This document shows positions 21,701 through 34,400 of a stretch of 64,000 nucleotides of DNA, piece after piece (the first letter of the stretch is position 1; each line of letters begins with the position of its first letter). This DNA is from Trichoplax adhaerens (lineage: Eukaryota; Animalia; Placozoa): assembly GCF_000150275.1 (NCBI RefSeq), contig NW_002060943.1, forward strand, positions 9,332,209-9,396,208, given 5' to 3'. The notes beneath the pieces are model-generated. The model ran no database searches and was not told the DNA's origin. It saw only the letters and a list, made by a program, of their open reading frames with translations. Both the position numbers and the translations under genes were made by a program.

Positions 21701-24700
21701 GTCTAAAGATTTTTATTATGCACATGTGCATATTAGATTAAATTCTAAGGATCATAATAACTTACCATTCCTAGAGTCTGTATACATGAATTCAAAAAGC
21801 GTTCAATTGGCAAATATGTTTTCGTATCATTATCTAACATAGCAACAATAGCATAAAAGACGGATGACGCGGAAGAACATATTTTCCTACGACCAGTATC
21901 AGTATTAGCAATGCTGAATTCCTTAACCAAATTTGATATTACTAGTTCGATCCGGGCTGCCGCATGGCATAAAATTTCAGATACCGGAGTAACAAAAAAC
22001 TTGGATAAGCGTTCATATCCTTCCCTATTCGCCTGTATTTGCCTCGAAACCTCCTCTCTCTCGTGCTTTGCTTGGAAATCAAAAGTTAACTGAGCAGGTC
22101 CCTTGCAATCCGCCGTTCCTCTCAACCAATTATTGCACGGCACGTTGACAGTCACCTTCAAAAATCATGAAGTTATAGTAAATTAGCAACATTTTCTCAT
22201 CTACCCCATATGCGATTGCTAATTACCGTAGACGGAGCATTATGATAAACATTCGGCAACAGATTCAAATATTCAATATCGGAAGAATTAAGTGCTGCTA
22301 CTCGTGTGGAGAATTCCTGAGAAGATTCTACTATAATTCTGAAGTCAGATTTTAGGGCGGAGAGTAGTTGTTGATCATTTTCGAATAAATTTCTTGGCAA
22401 AACTGCGAATGGTTCTATAGTTTCTTTCACCTCTGGTGGAGGCTGAGAAGCTTCGTAGCACCGGAGTCTAAGATTTATTCTAGTTAGGGGTTCTTCAAAA
22501 AAATTTGATGTTAGTTTTCACACTGCATGCAGTAAGTTTGTAATTAAATAAATATTATATAAAAAATTTACCTTCACGACCCGAATGAGAAGATGAAGAC
22601 AATTCAAATTTGGAAGCAAGCGTAAAAGGTGCATACTGTAAGAGCCAACTGCGAATGTTATTATATACGTCCTCGTAAATAGCTGTTAGATCGACATATT
22701 CTAGCCACAATTCCTGGTTAACAACAACACATACATTAATACAACGCACCTTTCCTAAACCGATAACTTTCACTATAATATTACTATTAATAAAATACCC
22801 CAGTTTTATTATAAAGCCGACCAAGTAGTTCCGGATTGTATTGTATAGGTAATGAAGGTAAATATAGTGAAGTATCGTGTAACCTGGGTTCTTCTAACCA
22901 GAGCGCCAACGTTTGGTAAAATCTAAATGATTAAAATGATATATAATTAGGTCCTAGAAATAAACTACGACATTAATCTTAAATTTCATTTAATGGTGAC
23001 ATTAAGTTTTTACTGCTTTAATTTGTTCAACAGTAGCTTTTTCGACGAGTTTCTGTCATTCGATTCATTCTCATCTATAGTATGACGAATTTTTAAATTA
23101 TCATTGCAGTCGGGCATACACATAAGAAAACTAAATTATCATGTTATAAATATGAACCTTCTGTATTACTGTCCATAAGAGAACGAAAATATGCAGAAGT
23201 TGCTAACAGGCGTTCTTTAACGCGATGTATTAAAGATGACATGTTTTTGAAATATCTATGACCAACACTTCCTCGAATTCCTAGCCTAGTTTTAAGGTAA
23301 AAAAAGTACGTGAGTAATTGTCAGCCACAATCGATATTACTGCTACCTATTCCTATAGCACTATTACCCGCAATCGCTTTGCGATAAATACAACGAAAAG
23401 AATTTCTGCCATATAAGCGGGAGAATAGGATGACTCATATCTGTAGTCAAAGCTTGCTGCACCCATCTATATATACATAGGTTAGTAGATGAATATGGTG
23501 CATGGATATCAAGTCGTGAAATAGATTTTTTTAAGGCGGCATCTATACCAATGGAAGCGTTCTGTAGCAGTTCTAAAGTCATTTGTCTAAGTATCCCTGA
23601 TTGAATCTCATATTCCTGATCAGCACATAAAATTACAAAAGCGAACCAAGGGTATTCACCATTTCCGGCCTCATCCAGAAACGACTGTCGCGTTGTAGAT
23701 CCTTGAAATCCAGAAGCAACCCATGAGAAAAATGACTGCAAAATACCGCTTTGCTGATCCTTTACTACTTCGCCCTTGTCGTACTTTTCTGCAATAATTT
23801 TAGACATTATCTCAAGCCCATCTGGTATTAAGAACGCTACTTTAGCCAATTCATCAAAAATTAACTGAATACATTCATTTTTGGCCCAGTCATAAATATT
23901 TAGGAATACTCTTGTCCAAAATTCTATCGGTGATAAATGGTTGGCATAATGAAAACAATGCGTCTGAATTAACGATGCAATAGACCCTGTAATCTCATTA
24001 TTTTTATCGTAGATAAATTTCGGTATGAACTGTAGTGGCCCGTATTTAATATCAGCGGCAAGCACACTTTCTATAGCTTTTAAAAAGATAGGGCTCTCAA
24101 GTAAAGATTCGTTTTCATCATGTTCAAAAAAAGCTGGAATCACATTATACAATACGCATAACGACGCCTTATAATAGCCAGAATCTATTATGCATTCGAA
24201 GTATCTAAGGCCATGCGCCAAAAAATCTGAAGGAAAATGCCCTACTGACGTCATTGAAAGTAAAAGATAACACCCTAGAGGGATATGATCATCTGCACAT
24301 TGACGCAATGGTAATAACATCGGATTTTCATAGGCACTGGGCATTTGATCATAGGTACCAGTTAAAGTAGCCGTGAGAGGAACGGCTTCTAAATTGTGGA
24401 TATCAACCTGTACATTTTTTGAAGCACACGCATATGAAAATATTAGACTAAGTGTCTGAAGGCTAGTACCATGTAGTTTCAGATGCGTTGCCGTATCCCA
24501 GCACCACGCCAAGACTTCGCTTTGTGGGCCATACAACGCTATGGTACTATTTGCTGGCAAGATACTGGCTATTTGCCGTCCAAAATCATTATTTTCGAAA
24601 TCAGAACCCTTAATTTTTTCCGTATACACCTCCACAATCATTGAGGCTGTCTCATTATGAACTGGTCTACTTAAGGCCAGTAAATCCGTCCGCTTACATG

Positions 24701-27700
24701 TACTCCAGTTAAGCTCACTAATTATAAATCGAGCTAATTGGTTCTTTAATGATGAAATGTTGCACTGGACAAGCCAGTTTCTAATCAAATTGAAGTCTTC
24801 CTCTTCAGGAGTCCAGCATATTATTGGTAGGCCTTTAAATAAATATAAAGCCATATTACCGACCTCGTTGAACATAAACTCCACGCGATGTAGAAGCAAC
24901 GTAACAATACTAGGATTTCGCAGCGATATATAATTCAGTAATTCACGGCCAGTTTTGTAATACAACTCGCGAGTGCTTTCATAAACGTAGCATATCTAAT
25001 AACAATATAAGCGTAACAAATGTGACACCCAGTGAGTGAAAAAAATTAATAGTATTGTTAATTAGACTGAGAATATAATACCTCAAATAATTCTAGTGTA
25101 ACCATCTGAATAAAATTAGAATTTGTCTCACAAGCCTCAGTCATAGTAGAAAAAATCGTAAGCAAATGTATCCCGTCAGATAGAGAAACAGATTTCAGAT
25201 TATTCGCAAATTTCGACAACCTATCTTCTTCTGTATAAAAAATTGTAGATTAATTTAGTTAAACCACTCGAAGAATTACTGATACTGTAATCTCGCAACT
25301 ACAGCAGGTCGAATTACCATATAGTACTCCTTTCCAATCATCCTGATAATCTCTTTCGGTACACATGGTAACCTCAACTTCCTGACTGTCGAATTCAAGG
25401 TGAAAAAGCCAAAATAATTTCCACAACATCTTGCTTGATACGCAGTGATAAGGGAGGTCAACTAGGTACTGCCAAGTTTGTAAGCTTGGCAGTTATAAAG
25501 CACTATTAGAGTAGTCATAAATTTAACTTATCTTTAAGCGACAAAATATAATGCATAACTCACTCCCTCCCTATCCAAACAGCGTGGGTAGCTTTCATGA
25601 AGAACTGATCATATTCTGTAACTAATCTCTCGATAGGAACTTCATTCCAGTCATTTTCGGTAATTGCACGAGTTGCTTGGTAATGTTGCCAGAAGTCAGA
25701 AATGAAATGGATTATTTCTCTGGAACAAAGAAAAGTAGTCAATCAGATTTCTTCATAAGTATTTCTGTTACAGTGCGAACAGCGTCTACTAACCTGATTG
25801 TTTTACATATGGTCTTAACGTACTGATTATAATGAATAGAATTATAGGTAGAAAATGCGCTTGACAGTAGTTTGATAATTGTCGAGGTAACTACGAAGAC
25901 CTTCATTACGTAATGACTGTCAATCGGTTGTTGAATGAGATACAAATCCTCAGTACCTGTACAGTTAATAGATTAAAGAACTGTTGTATTATCGAACATA
26001 CTTTATTAATGTGACATTAGCAATTCTGATAGGACTTCTACATACACTTTTCAAACAAATATTTAGTGCACTAACCTGAATTAGAAAGGCGTAAAAGATA
26101 GCAGAACAATTTATCGAATGCAAACTGCGAATATATTGAAATTAAGTCACTTTCTCGTAAACGTAGAAAATAATTTTCTACACTGTCGTCCTAAAAGCAA
26201 ATATAGATCGTTAGTTTGCATAGTACTGAAAGAATAAGTGTTAATTAAATACTAACTTCTAATCCCTCCTCAGTAACTAACGTCCAACTATCTCTAGAAC
26301 CTATAAACATGCAGCGATTATATCGACATTCAATCAATAGCATAAAAGGATCGAAAAATTTTATAAGATTGTCGAGACTAGATCATATCGCATACCAGAA
26401 CTATTATCTTGCGGTATGAAAGATAAAAATTCATCACGACACCTAATAGTACCAACAAAAAGGTTTATGAATCGTATGAATTACACACTAAAAAAATCGT
26501 AACAATAATTGAGTCTAACTTTATCGGAAACACTGTAGCACCCAACGAGACAATAAAATGATCAAGTGCAGTATCATTCCATTTGCAATCACTGCTGTGT
26601 AAACCAGAAACAATGGGCTGGACGAACTGAGATGCCCAACTACCAATTCCTCCCGGACATCGAATAAGATGATTAAGAATAAAAAAGCTGTCATCATAGC
26701 TTTGAACATTAAGCAGTAAGCTGATTAAATGATTTAGCCAGCACTTTATATCTTGAATAAACTTTTCATCTTCCGAGTGGCGCCGCATGAAGGCAAAAAA
26801 TACACTAATACATTGTCTAAGGGTATCCGTATGTTCATTTAGTATCTGAGGCGTTATTGCACCTAAAATATGATCATCAGTTAATTTATTATGTAAAAGA
26901 TACATGTAATAAAATCTGTATATGTAGTAGTCGTTCAGAAGCTTACTTGAAAATGGAGTTTGCGTTGCTAAATGTTTTAGTACCGAACTGCCATTTATCA
27001 TATCGTATAAATAAACATCGATATGCAATTTGTAAAGCTGACAAAGATATTGGTTCATACTTAGGGACTATAAGCAAGATCAAAGAAAAAAGAATAACTA
27101 AAACATAGTGACTAGTTATATAAGCCATAAAGATATAACAAGATATTGAATGAGAATTTAAATTGTAACCTCCTGCAAACCACATCGTATTTTCCCAAGA
27201 ACATCATGAAGAAATGTTAAAGCATCCGAGTTTAATTGTACTGTTTCAAAAGTGTATGTATGGCTAACACGATGGTCATCTTCACAATGTCCCTGTAACA
27301 ATTACCAATTAAACTTTAACTGTAAAGATCTATAAAAGGTACCTAACTTTTTTATCACGTACATTTTGTGTTAATTGATGTTGGGTGCTAATCCATAGCG
27401 AATTCTGGTAATTGTTACACTGAGACTTCAGACTCTATGCAAACGTATTAAATATGAGACAAAAGTAATAAAGAACAATTATGTAAATCAATATCTCGGT
27501 ATTTTTTAATTAAACCATGCCTGATTATCTTTGAATGAGGATATCAGAGTAGAACTTGATTGAAAGTATCCAAGTACAAGTTTATACAAAATATGATCTT
27601 CTTGTTTTGCTATCTATAATACATAAAAATGCGCGTTTAGAACTAAGTCATTATCCATACGACTAATATAATATGTATTCTAAGTGCTATTACTCCAAGG

Positions 27701-30119
27701 AAGGTATCCACAGATTGATTAAATTGGGCTAACTGCGGATTATAATAGAATTCCTTCAGTCGCTCTTCCGTGTAAGGCTGCAACTCTAACCGAGAAATAT
27801 CACATGAAATTAACGTACTGTAAAACATACAGTATATCATTTTACATTTGCTATTTCGCTACATTGCTATAACTACGAAATGTACGGTTTAGTCAATAGT
27901 CATACAGCTCCTTATACTACCTCATACATACACATGAAAACAGTTATCATATGTTTTTAGACATCTTTTAATTACTAATTTAAACCATACCTGGTTCCTT
28001 AATAGCTTGTAATGTCGGATAAAGCGAGCTGGCAGTAGCTGGCATCATCAACTGTGCATTCTCAGTATCTGTTAGCTGATGCTGTGTGGAATTCTCCCTT
28101 TCTAGAGGGGGAGCAGTTGATGCTCTTTCGCGATGAATTACATCGCGTGCCATAATGTTTTCAGTAAGGCTTATAGATTTAGTGCTTTCAGGAATACATG
28201 GCATTGCCCCAGATTTTTCTTCCTCCATAATCTCCTCATTTATATTATCCTGATCAACTACAGAGTCTTCTCTTTCTAGTGGAGGAGCAGTTGACGCTCT
28301 TTCGCGATGAAGTACATCGGGTGCCTCAACACTTTCATCATGTTGCCTATGTTTGATACTTTCATGAACATATGACGCTGCATTTAATGTCTCTTCATGG
28401 ATAAAATTTTCGTTTCCGTCATCCTTAACAAATGTCTTAGTTTCAATGTTGCTGGAGCCATGACCTACAGAGCTTACATCTACATCATTCTTATCCTCCT
28501 CTAACTTCAAAATAACAGCTTCGTCCTCGGTACTTTGAGGCAGCAAGACATCAGCAGAGCTTACATCTACATCATTCTTGTCCTCCTCTAACTTCAAAAT
28601 AACAGCTTCGTCCTCGGTACTTCGAGGCTGCAAGACATCAGCAGAGCTTACATCTACATCATTCTTGTCCTCCTCTAACTTCAAAATAACAGCTTCATCC
28701 TCGGTACTTCCAGGCTGCAAGACATCAGAAGAGACGTCCAGTTTATGGGAGCTATCAGCTAGTAATGGCTTATTTTCTGCTTTAGCTTGCAAAGAGTCCT
28801 CTTCCTGAGATACAGTATCTACAGTAACGCTATCATCTCCGTAGTTATTGCATGGCGGACTAGAGAGTCCTACGTCAGGTATACCCTGGTTTCCAAATGT
28901 TTCTGAATTTTCTACTTCATTACAGCTTTTGGAATTTTCATTAACTGCAGTAGCACCAGTTCCACTTTGTTCACCGGCGACCAATAAATTGGAAGTCGTG
29001 GCCGGCGTATTCTCTAGATAAGGAAAGATGTATTTACTAAGCTTGCACTTACATTGTCGTCATACTATTTTTAATAGAAAATCGGTACTATCCTAACTTA
29101 TCTCAAGTAACTAACTACTCGAAATGACAGATTAGCGAATTCATAGTGCGTAGTGCATATGTACGTATATTCAAGTAACTCATTTTTGATAATCATTCAT
29201 TTTTACTAAACGCGTTTGCACCGAATATGCTGGGGTGACGGCATCATGAATTATTGCATAAAGTGGTAATGATAGAATTAATACGAGTATGCTCGCGTAT
29301 CATCTACATGATGAACAAACAGTACAGTAAGTGTAAGAACAATGTTGTAAACCAATGAAGTGGCGAGATCAATTTACAATCCTATTAATGTACTGAACGA
29401 TATAGATCTAAGCGTATCTACTGCACGTTGTAGTCTATCACTATATCAAGTCCTTTAATTGTACACTACACTTGTATAATACAACATAATCAATGATTAG
29501 TTGACTGGGTGTAGCGTGCCAACAATATGACATGGAAAGAATGATTACAATGAATAATAGGAATGATACAGCAGAATATCACTGAAGATTTTTCTTCATT
29601 AAGCCAAGCTATTGAAACTATTGAACTGTTCCTATGTCCAAGAAGTTTAAATCGATTTGTCTGTAATTGACTGTACGATAGACAGATGCTATACGTGTAC
29701 GTGTAGACTCTACAGCAAAGCCAGTAGGCCACTTGCAATTTAGCATTACTTTGTCTCCATATCGTATTACAAATATATCATTAATAGCATGGTATTTTAT
29801 CCATTATATAATTAATGAATTAATTAATCATGCCATCAGCACATGCACCGCAATAAGTGCAACATCCAAATGCAACGAGACCGACAATATTTGATTTCTC
29901 ACCATCCTTGCAGTAGACAAGTACTGTACTGTACTCCTCTAACAAGCAATATAACCCAGCGCTGTAATTGCTATCCTATCTATCATGCAATTATGATAAT
30001 TATTCCGAACCTTTACAATTTTCAGTTACTAAATTTGTGTCTGGACAATCATTCTTTCTATTCTCTCCGGCTTTACTCTTCCGTTTTCCTTTCTTCTTTC
30101 GCGTTTTTACGGCTTCCAT
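18725..30119 (-). CDS. EPG5: Ectopic P granules protein 5 homolog (autophagosome-lysosome tether), multi-exon
   Basis: Exon 1 MEAVKTRKKKGK (ATG 30119) splices in phase to ENTPATTSNLLVAGEQ. Further matches: LQPYTEERLKEFYYNPQL, FILNHLIRCPGGIGSWASQFVQ, YYKTGRELL, IYRWVQQALTTDMSHPILPLIWQKFF, EDRSSSGILGAIGLGKKSNLSLR. Stop TGA at 18725. Confidence 0.94.
28468..28728 (-). repeat. Three tandem 87-bp (29-aa) coding repeats in the EPG5 N-terminal region
   Basis: The unit cagagcttacatctacatcattct... starts at 28468, 28555 and 28642. Protein unit: SSADVLQPRSTEDEAVILKLEEDKNDVDV. Confidence 0.95.
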
Positions 30120-30383
30120 AAGGGACGAAATCGCGCTATGGCAGGTGACTTCGACTAGCAACTACTAGGAAGAAAACTGTTTCCACTTGTAGACTACAAG
30201 TTGTAGTACAGTTAGACCTGACAGTACAGTACTGACTCCTCACTGTAAGCTAGACTGACTCAAGTATCACTGCAGTATCACCGTCTCAAACGTCTCATTT
30301 TCTCTATACGTAAACACTGGTGTCGTAAACAAATCATTCTTTTTACCGTGACGTCATTCTCAATCTGTTTTTAGCACCTTCGT

Positions 30384-31045
30384 CAGTGTACAGTACAGTG
30401 TACTGTAAAATAGGTACTATAAATTGAAAACCACGACTGTACACTGTACTGTACAGTACTGTACAGTACAACAGAGCTCAATACTGTACAGTACAACAGT
30501 GCTCCATACTGTACAGTACAATCTGGTTGTTGATTGGTACTGTACTGTACAGTACTGTACGCTTTCGTAGCTAGTACTGTAGACACGACGGTACACTGTA
30601 CACTCAGTGTACAGTACAGTACTGTACAGTACATTTTGCAGGACTCTGCCTGGGACTACTGTACTGTACAGTACAGTACTTTGAAAATGGAAAAGACATA
30701 CAGTACTGTACTGTACTTCTACTAAATCCTTTCTTTTACTTCCTACTGTAGCAGCTTATGTACTGTACTTTAATGAATAATTTCCAAGAAATTAGGCGTC
30801 GTATATCAATTTTAATCATGGAATCTTGTAATTCCAGATTTACTCTATGGACTGATACAAAATATTTATTGAAAAACCAAAAACTGTTTTTTTAATATCA
30901 AAATTCGAGAATGAGTTCTTGTGCATACAGTATACGGTCGTGTGGAAAAACTTGACAAATACTGTACTGTACTGTACTGTACTGTATATATCACTAGAGA
31001 GTAGTACAGTATGAGGGTCTCTACAGTACACTATCTACAGTACTC
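30384..31045. repeat. Palindromic TACAG/CTGTA array in the EPG5-PTCHD head-to-head spacer
   Basis: Dense ctgtacagtactgtacagtac runs at 30384-30770 and a (TACTG)5 run near 30960-30986. Confidence 0.92.
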
Positions 31046-31456
31046 AATCAATGGCGGTAAACGCGCAGTTGCGCAATAATTCCTATTATAATATAAAACA
31101 AGTTTCATATTCATTTATTTACCCCTGTTGGTACATATTATTTTTGTCATCGCAATTTCAACGCTGGACATTGGACAATTTTGGACATTGGACAATTTTA
31201 TTCCATTACATAGACAGTATATGGACACCTTGAATATACTCCAGCATTAGGCTGTGAAGTGACGAAAAGGTCCGTGTAGCGTCATTTTATTTCACAAACT
31301 TCAGCACTGCTAACTTGTTTATCCTTTTTGAATAATTATAGTGCTCTAAGAAAGTGGATATCTTCTTTGAACTTCTAGTCAAAGTTGGTAAAGCAAGACT
31401 CAACTCAACATCGTTAGTGCGCGAGCAGCGAAAAAGTCCAATTAAACGTATTTACC

Positions 31457-34400
31457 ATGTCAAACGGCAGTGATTCAATGTTTACTACCAGTTCAAATCA
31501 AACTGGTGATGTTGATAGCAATGAAAATACGCAAGGCCACGAAAGGAAAAATAAAACTTCATCGCTTTCCTTATTAAAAATTAGCGCTTTAATTGTACAT
31601 TTACTGGAGACTCTATTTTACCGGTAAAAAAAAAAAAAAAATTATTTTACCGTGCATAATAATATTACAGTACCAGTACTGTGAATTTGTTATACTGTAC
31701 AGTATTGTACAGACAGCACTACGCTACGATACGTTACACGCAGAACTACTGTACTGTACTGTACTGTACGTACTCAGTGAGGAAGACTGAGTACCGAAAA
31801 AGTAAAAGGGAAAATAAATAAAATGTTAATTTTAAGGAACCGCAACCATAGATAGCATTTTAGGTAGTGAATTCACTAGCCTTGACTTATTCTTAATAAT
31901 ATTAGGATTGGCTTACTCATTGGCCGCCATCCTTATCACGTCGTCGTGACATCAATCGTATGCGTTGCTTTTTGTTCTCTTGGTTTCTTACGATTTACTG
32001 AAGAAAATAGAATCGAAAAGTTATGGGTTCCATCTACTGCGGATTCTCTGGTGCATATGGAATGGGTGGATAAGAACTTCCCTTCAAACTATCACATAGA
32101 GAGTCTGGTTTGTGTGGCAAACACCAAATCAACCAATGTTATCAAGATGGAACCTTTGCACCAGGTATATGGACATTACAATACTGTAGTCTACCAATGA
32201 CTGTGGAAAGTACTTTATACTGACTAATTTTACTGATGACTTACTGGTACTACTGTACTGTATGTACTGTAAAGTAAATATGTACTGTACATTAGTTCAG
32301 TAAGCGCGATTGAATGAATGAATACCCACACAAAACCATGGCCGTATGCTTTAGAGTACAGCAATAGGCGCATAGAACTGTATTGGAGCATACGTTATCC
32401 TTGATATTACTAAAGTTGATGATGCTGTTTGCAATTTGTAAATTGTGAAGTAAAAAGTACAAGCACATACAGCACGCATGTACTGTATAACGACCATGGG
32501 TTCTACTAGCAATAACAAATAAATATATGTAGAGAATAGAATAGCTTCGATACAGTATTAAGTTACATTCAAGGCCGTAAGTTATAAATGCAGCTGTCTA
32601 CATCAGCAATCAGATGCTAGAAACTGAAGGCTTTTGCTACTGTAAAAGTTTACATGTAGAGCGTTAAAGTTAATTACTACGGATCACGGCCGTTTTCTAG
32701 TCACTACAACTTCCTAAATTATATTCGATTAAATTCCCAAGATTCTCATATACGAGTACCCCCAGCGTATAATAAATACGAGACTACGATTAATTATAAT
32801 ACGAACATTCAAAGATGAAGATCTCTGCAGTCAATTTCAAATGCACAGCATACGGACGTATCAAGTATTACAGTATATAATCGATTGTGCTTATTAGTAT
32901 ACGAATATAATTACCGGTAATTATATACGCGTATAATCTATAGAATTAACCAAAGAGACATAGCGATCAACTCATGTTGTAACGGCAATGTTACTAGAGC
33001 GATACTGTATTATATCTAATATGACCGTAGCACAGTTGCACGCAGCACTACCATAGCTTAATCATACGTATGCTGTAATTTTAAAAAGTACCACCAGATA
33101 TTTTTGATTTTGGTAATACGTATCTTAAGGTATCATAAATTTACTTTGTATACCTTGTGTATTTAGTTAACACCAAAGTCACCATCTAATATCTGTCCCT
33201 TTTTTTAGCATGTTAAATTATAGAATACGATAATGATAATCAGCATTTCAAGACTCTTGTGAGACCTGTGTACAAATTTTAGACCTAATGATTTTTATTT
33301 ATTGTAATCACAGTTTTTATTAATGCATGAAGCCATTAACAACATTACGGTCAACTCCAACGGCACAGAGTACAAATTTGAAGACTTGTGTTATAAGTAA
33401 GTGTTATAAATCTTAATTTTAAATTATTATAACGATGGTTAATAATGTTTAAATCTTTTAAGATGAACGCTGAGATTAATATTATAATATAATATTTCGA
33501 TTTAATTTTGTACCGTATAGGCACTAAGTTAGACCTTGCTATATGTTATCATCTAGCGATAAATAGGAGATCTCTCCATTTTAATATAGTGCACTAAGCG
33601 GTATTAACTTTAGTTTATAAAAGACTCATAGATTTATTAACCAAAGAAGAAGCATCTGTCTTATTCCTCTGCAAGATGCAGGACGTAGTTTGCAAATACT
33701 TTCACTTCTATATTCAATAATTACTGATTACTCAGAACTTATTTAAAACTTTGTATCCCACGATCAGCATTTAGCTTTAATTGCGAGTGTTAATCGGTCT
33801 TAACGATAGTGTAATTACTTAGAATCTTTATACCTAGTAATGCATTTTAAAAACCTTAAATGCACTTTTACCAGTAATAATGGACTAAAACAATTGAAGT
33901 TCTAATTTTTGTGCAATTAAATGAAATAAATTGTTAATTAGGCGCGGAGGCAAATGTTGGGTTGATAGTGTGTTATCCGTATGGAATTTTAACAGTGATA
34001 TAATAGCTTCCATATCTGATCATCAAATTGAATATGATCTCAACAAGTAAGTAATTCCATTTTTTGCCATGTAGTATTTATGATTTGAAGTAATTTTCAT
34101 ACTAGTAAGTGTATTAACTGTCGATGCAGTCAGCGTATGAATAAATGTTTGCTATTGAATTTCTTAATTTTAAATATTGTTCTGGTTTCTTCCTGGTTCG
34201 TTTGATTATAATACATATTCCAATTACAGGAATAATATGTACATCCCTAAAAAATATATAAAACGCTTACTTGGTAATACAACAGAGCTCGACGGACACA
34301 TTGAAAGCGCTTCCGCATTTCTTAGTATTTATCGTATCAAAGATAATTCAATTTTAAAGCGTGGAGCAAAGGTATTCATTACACCGCCAGATTTTCGTGT

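Noticed and set aside
20410-22093. Plus-strand ORFs antisense to EPG5 (also 41451-42135 antisense to TUBGCP6)
   Set aside because: Shadow ORFs of long coding exons with no recognisable motifs.
30349-30356. CRE site TGACGTCA upstream of EPG5
   Set aside because: A single 8-mer is expected by chance, and another copy lies in coding sequence near 24247.
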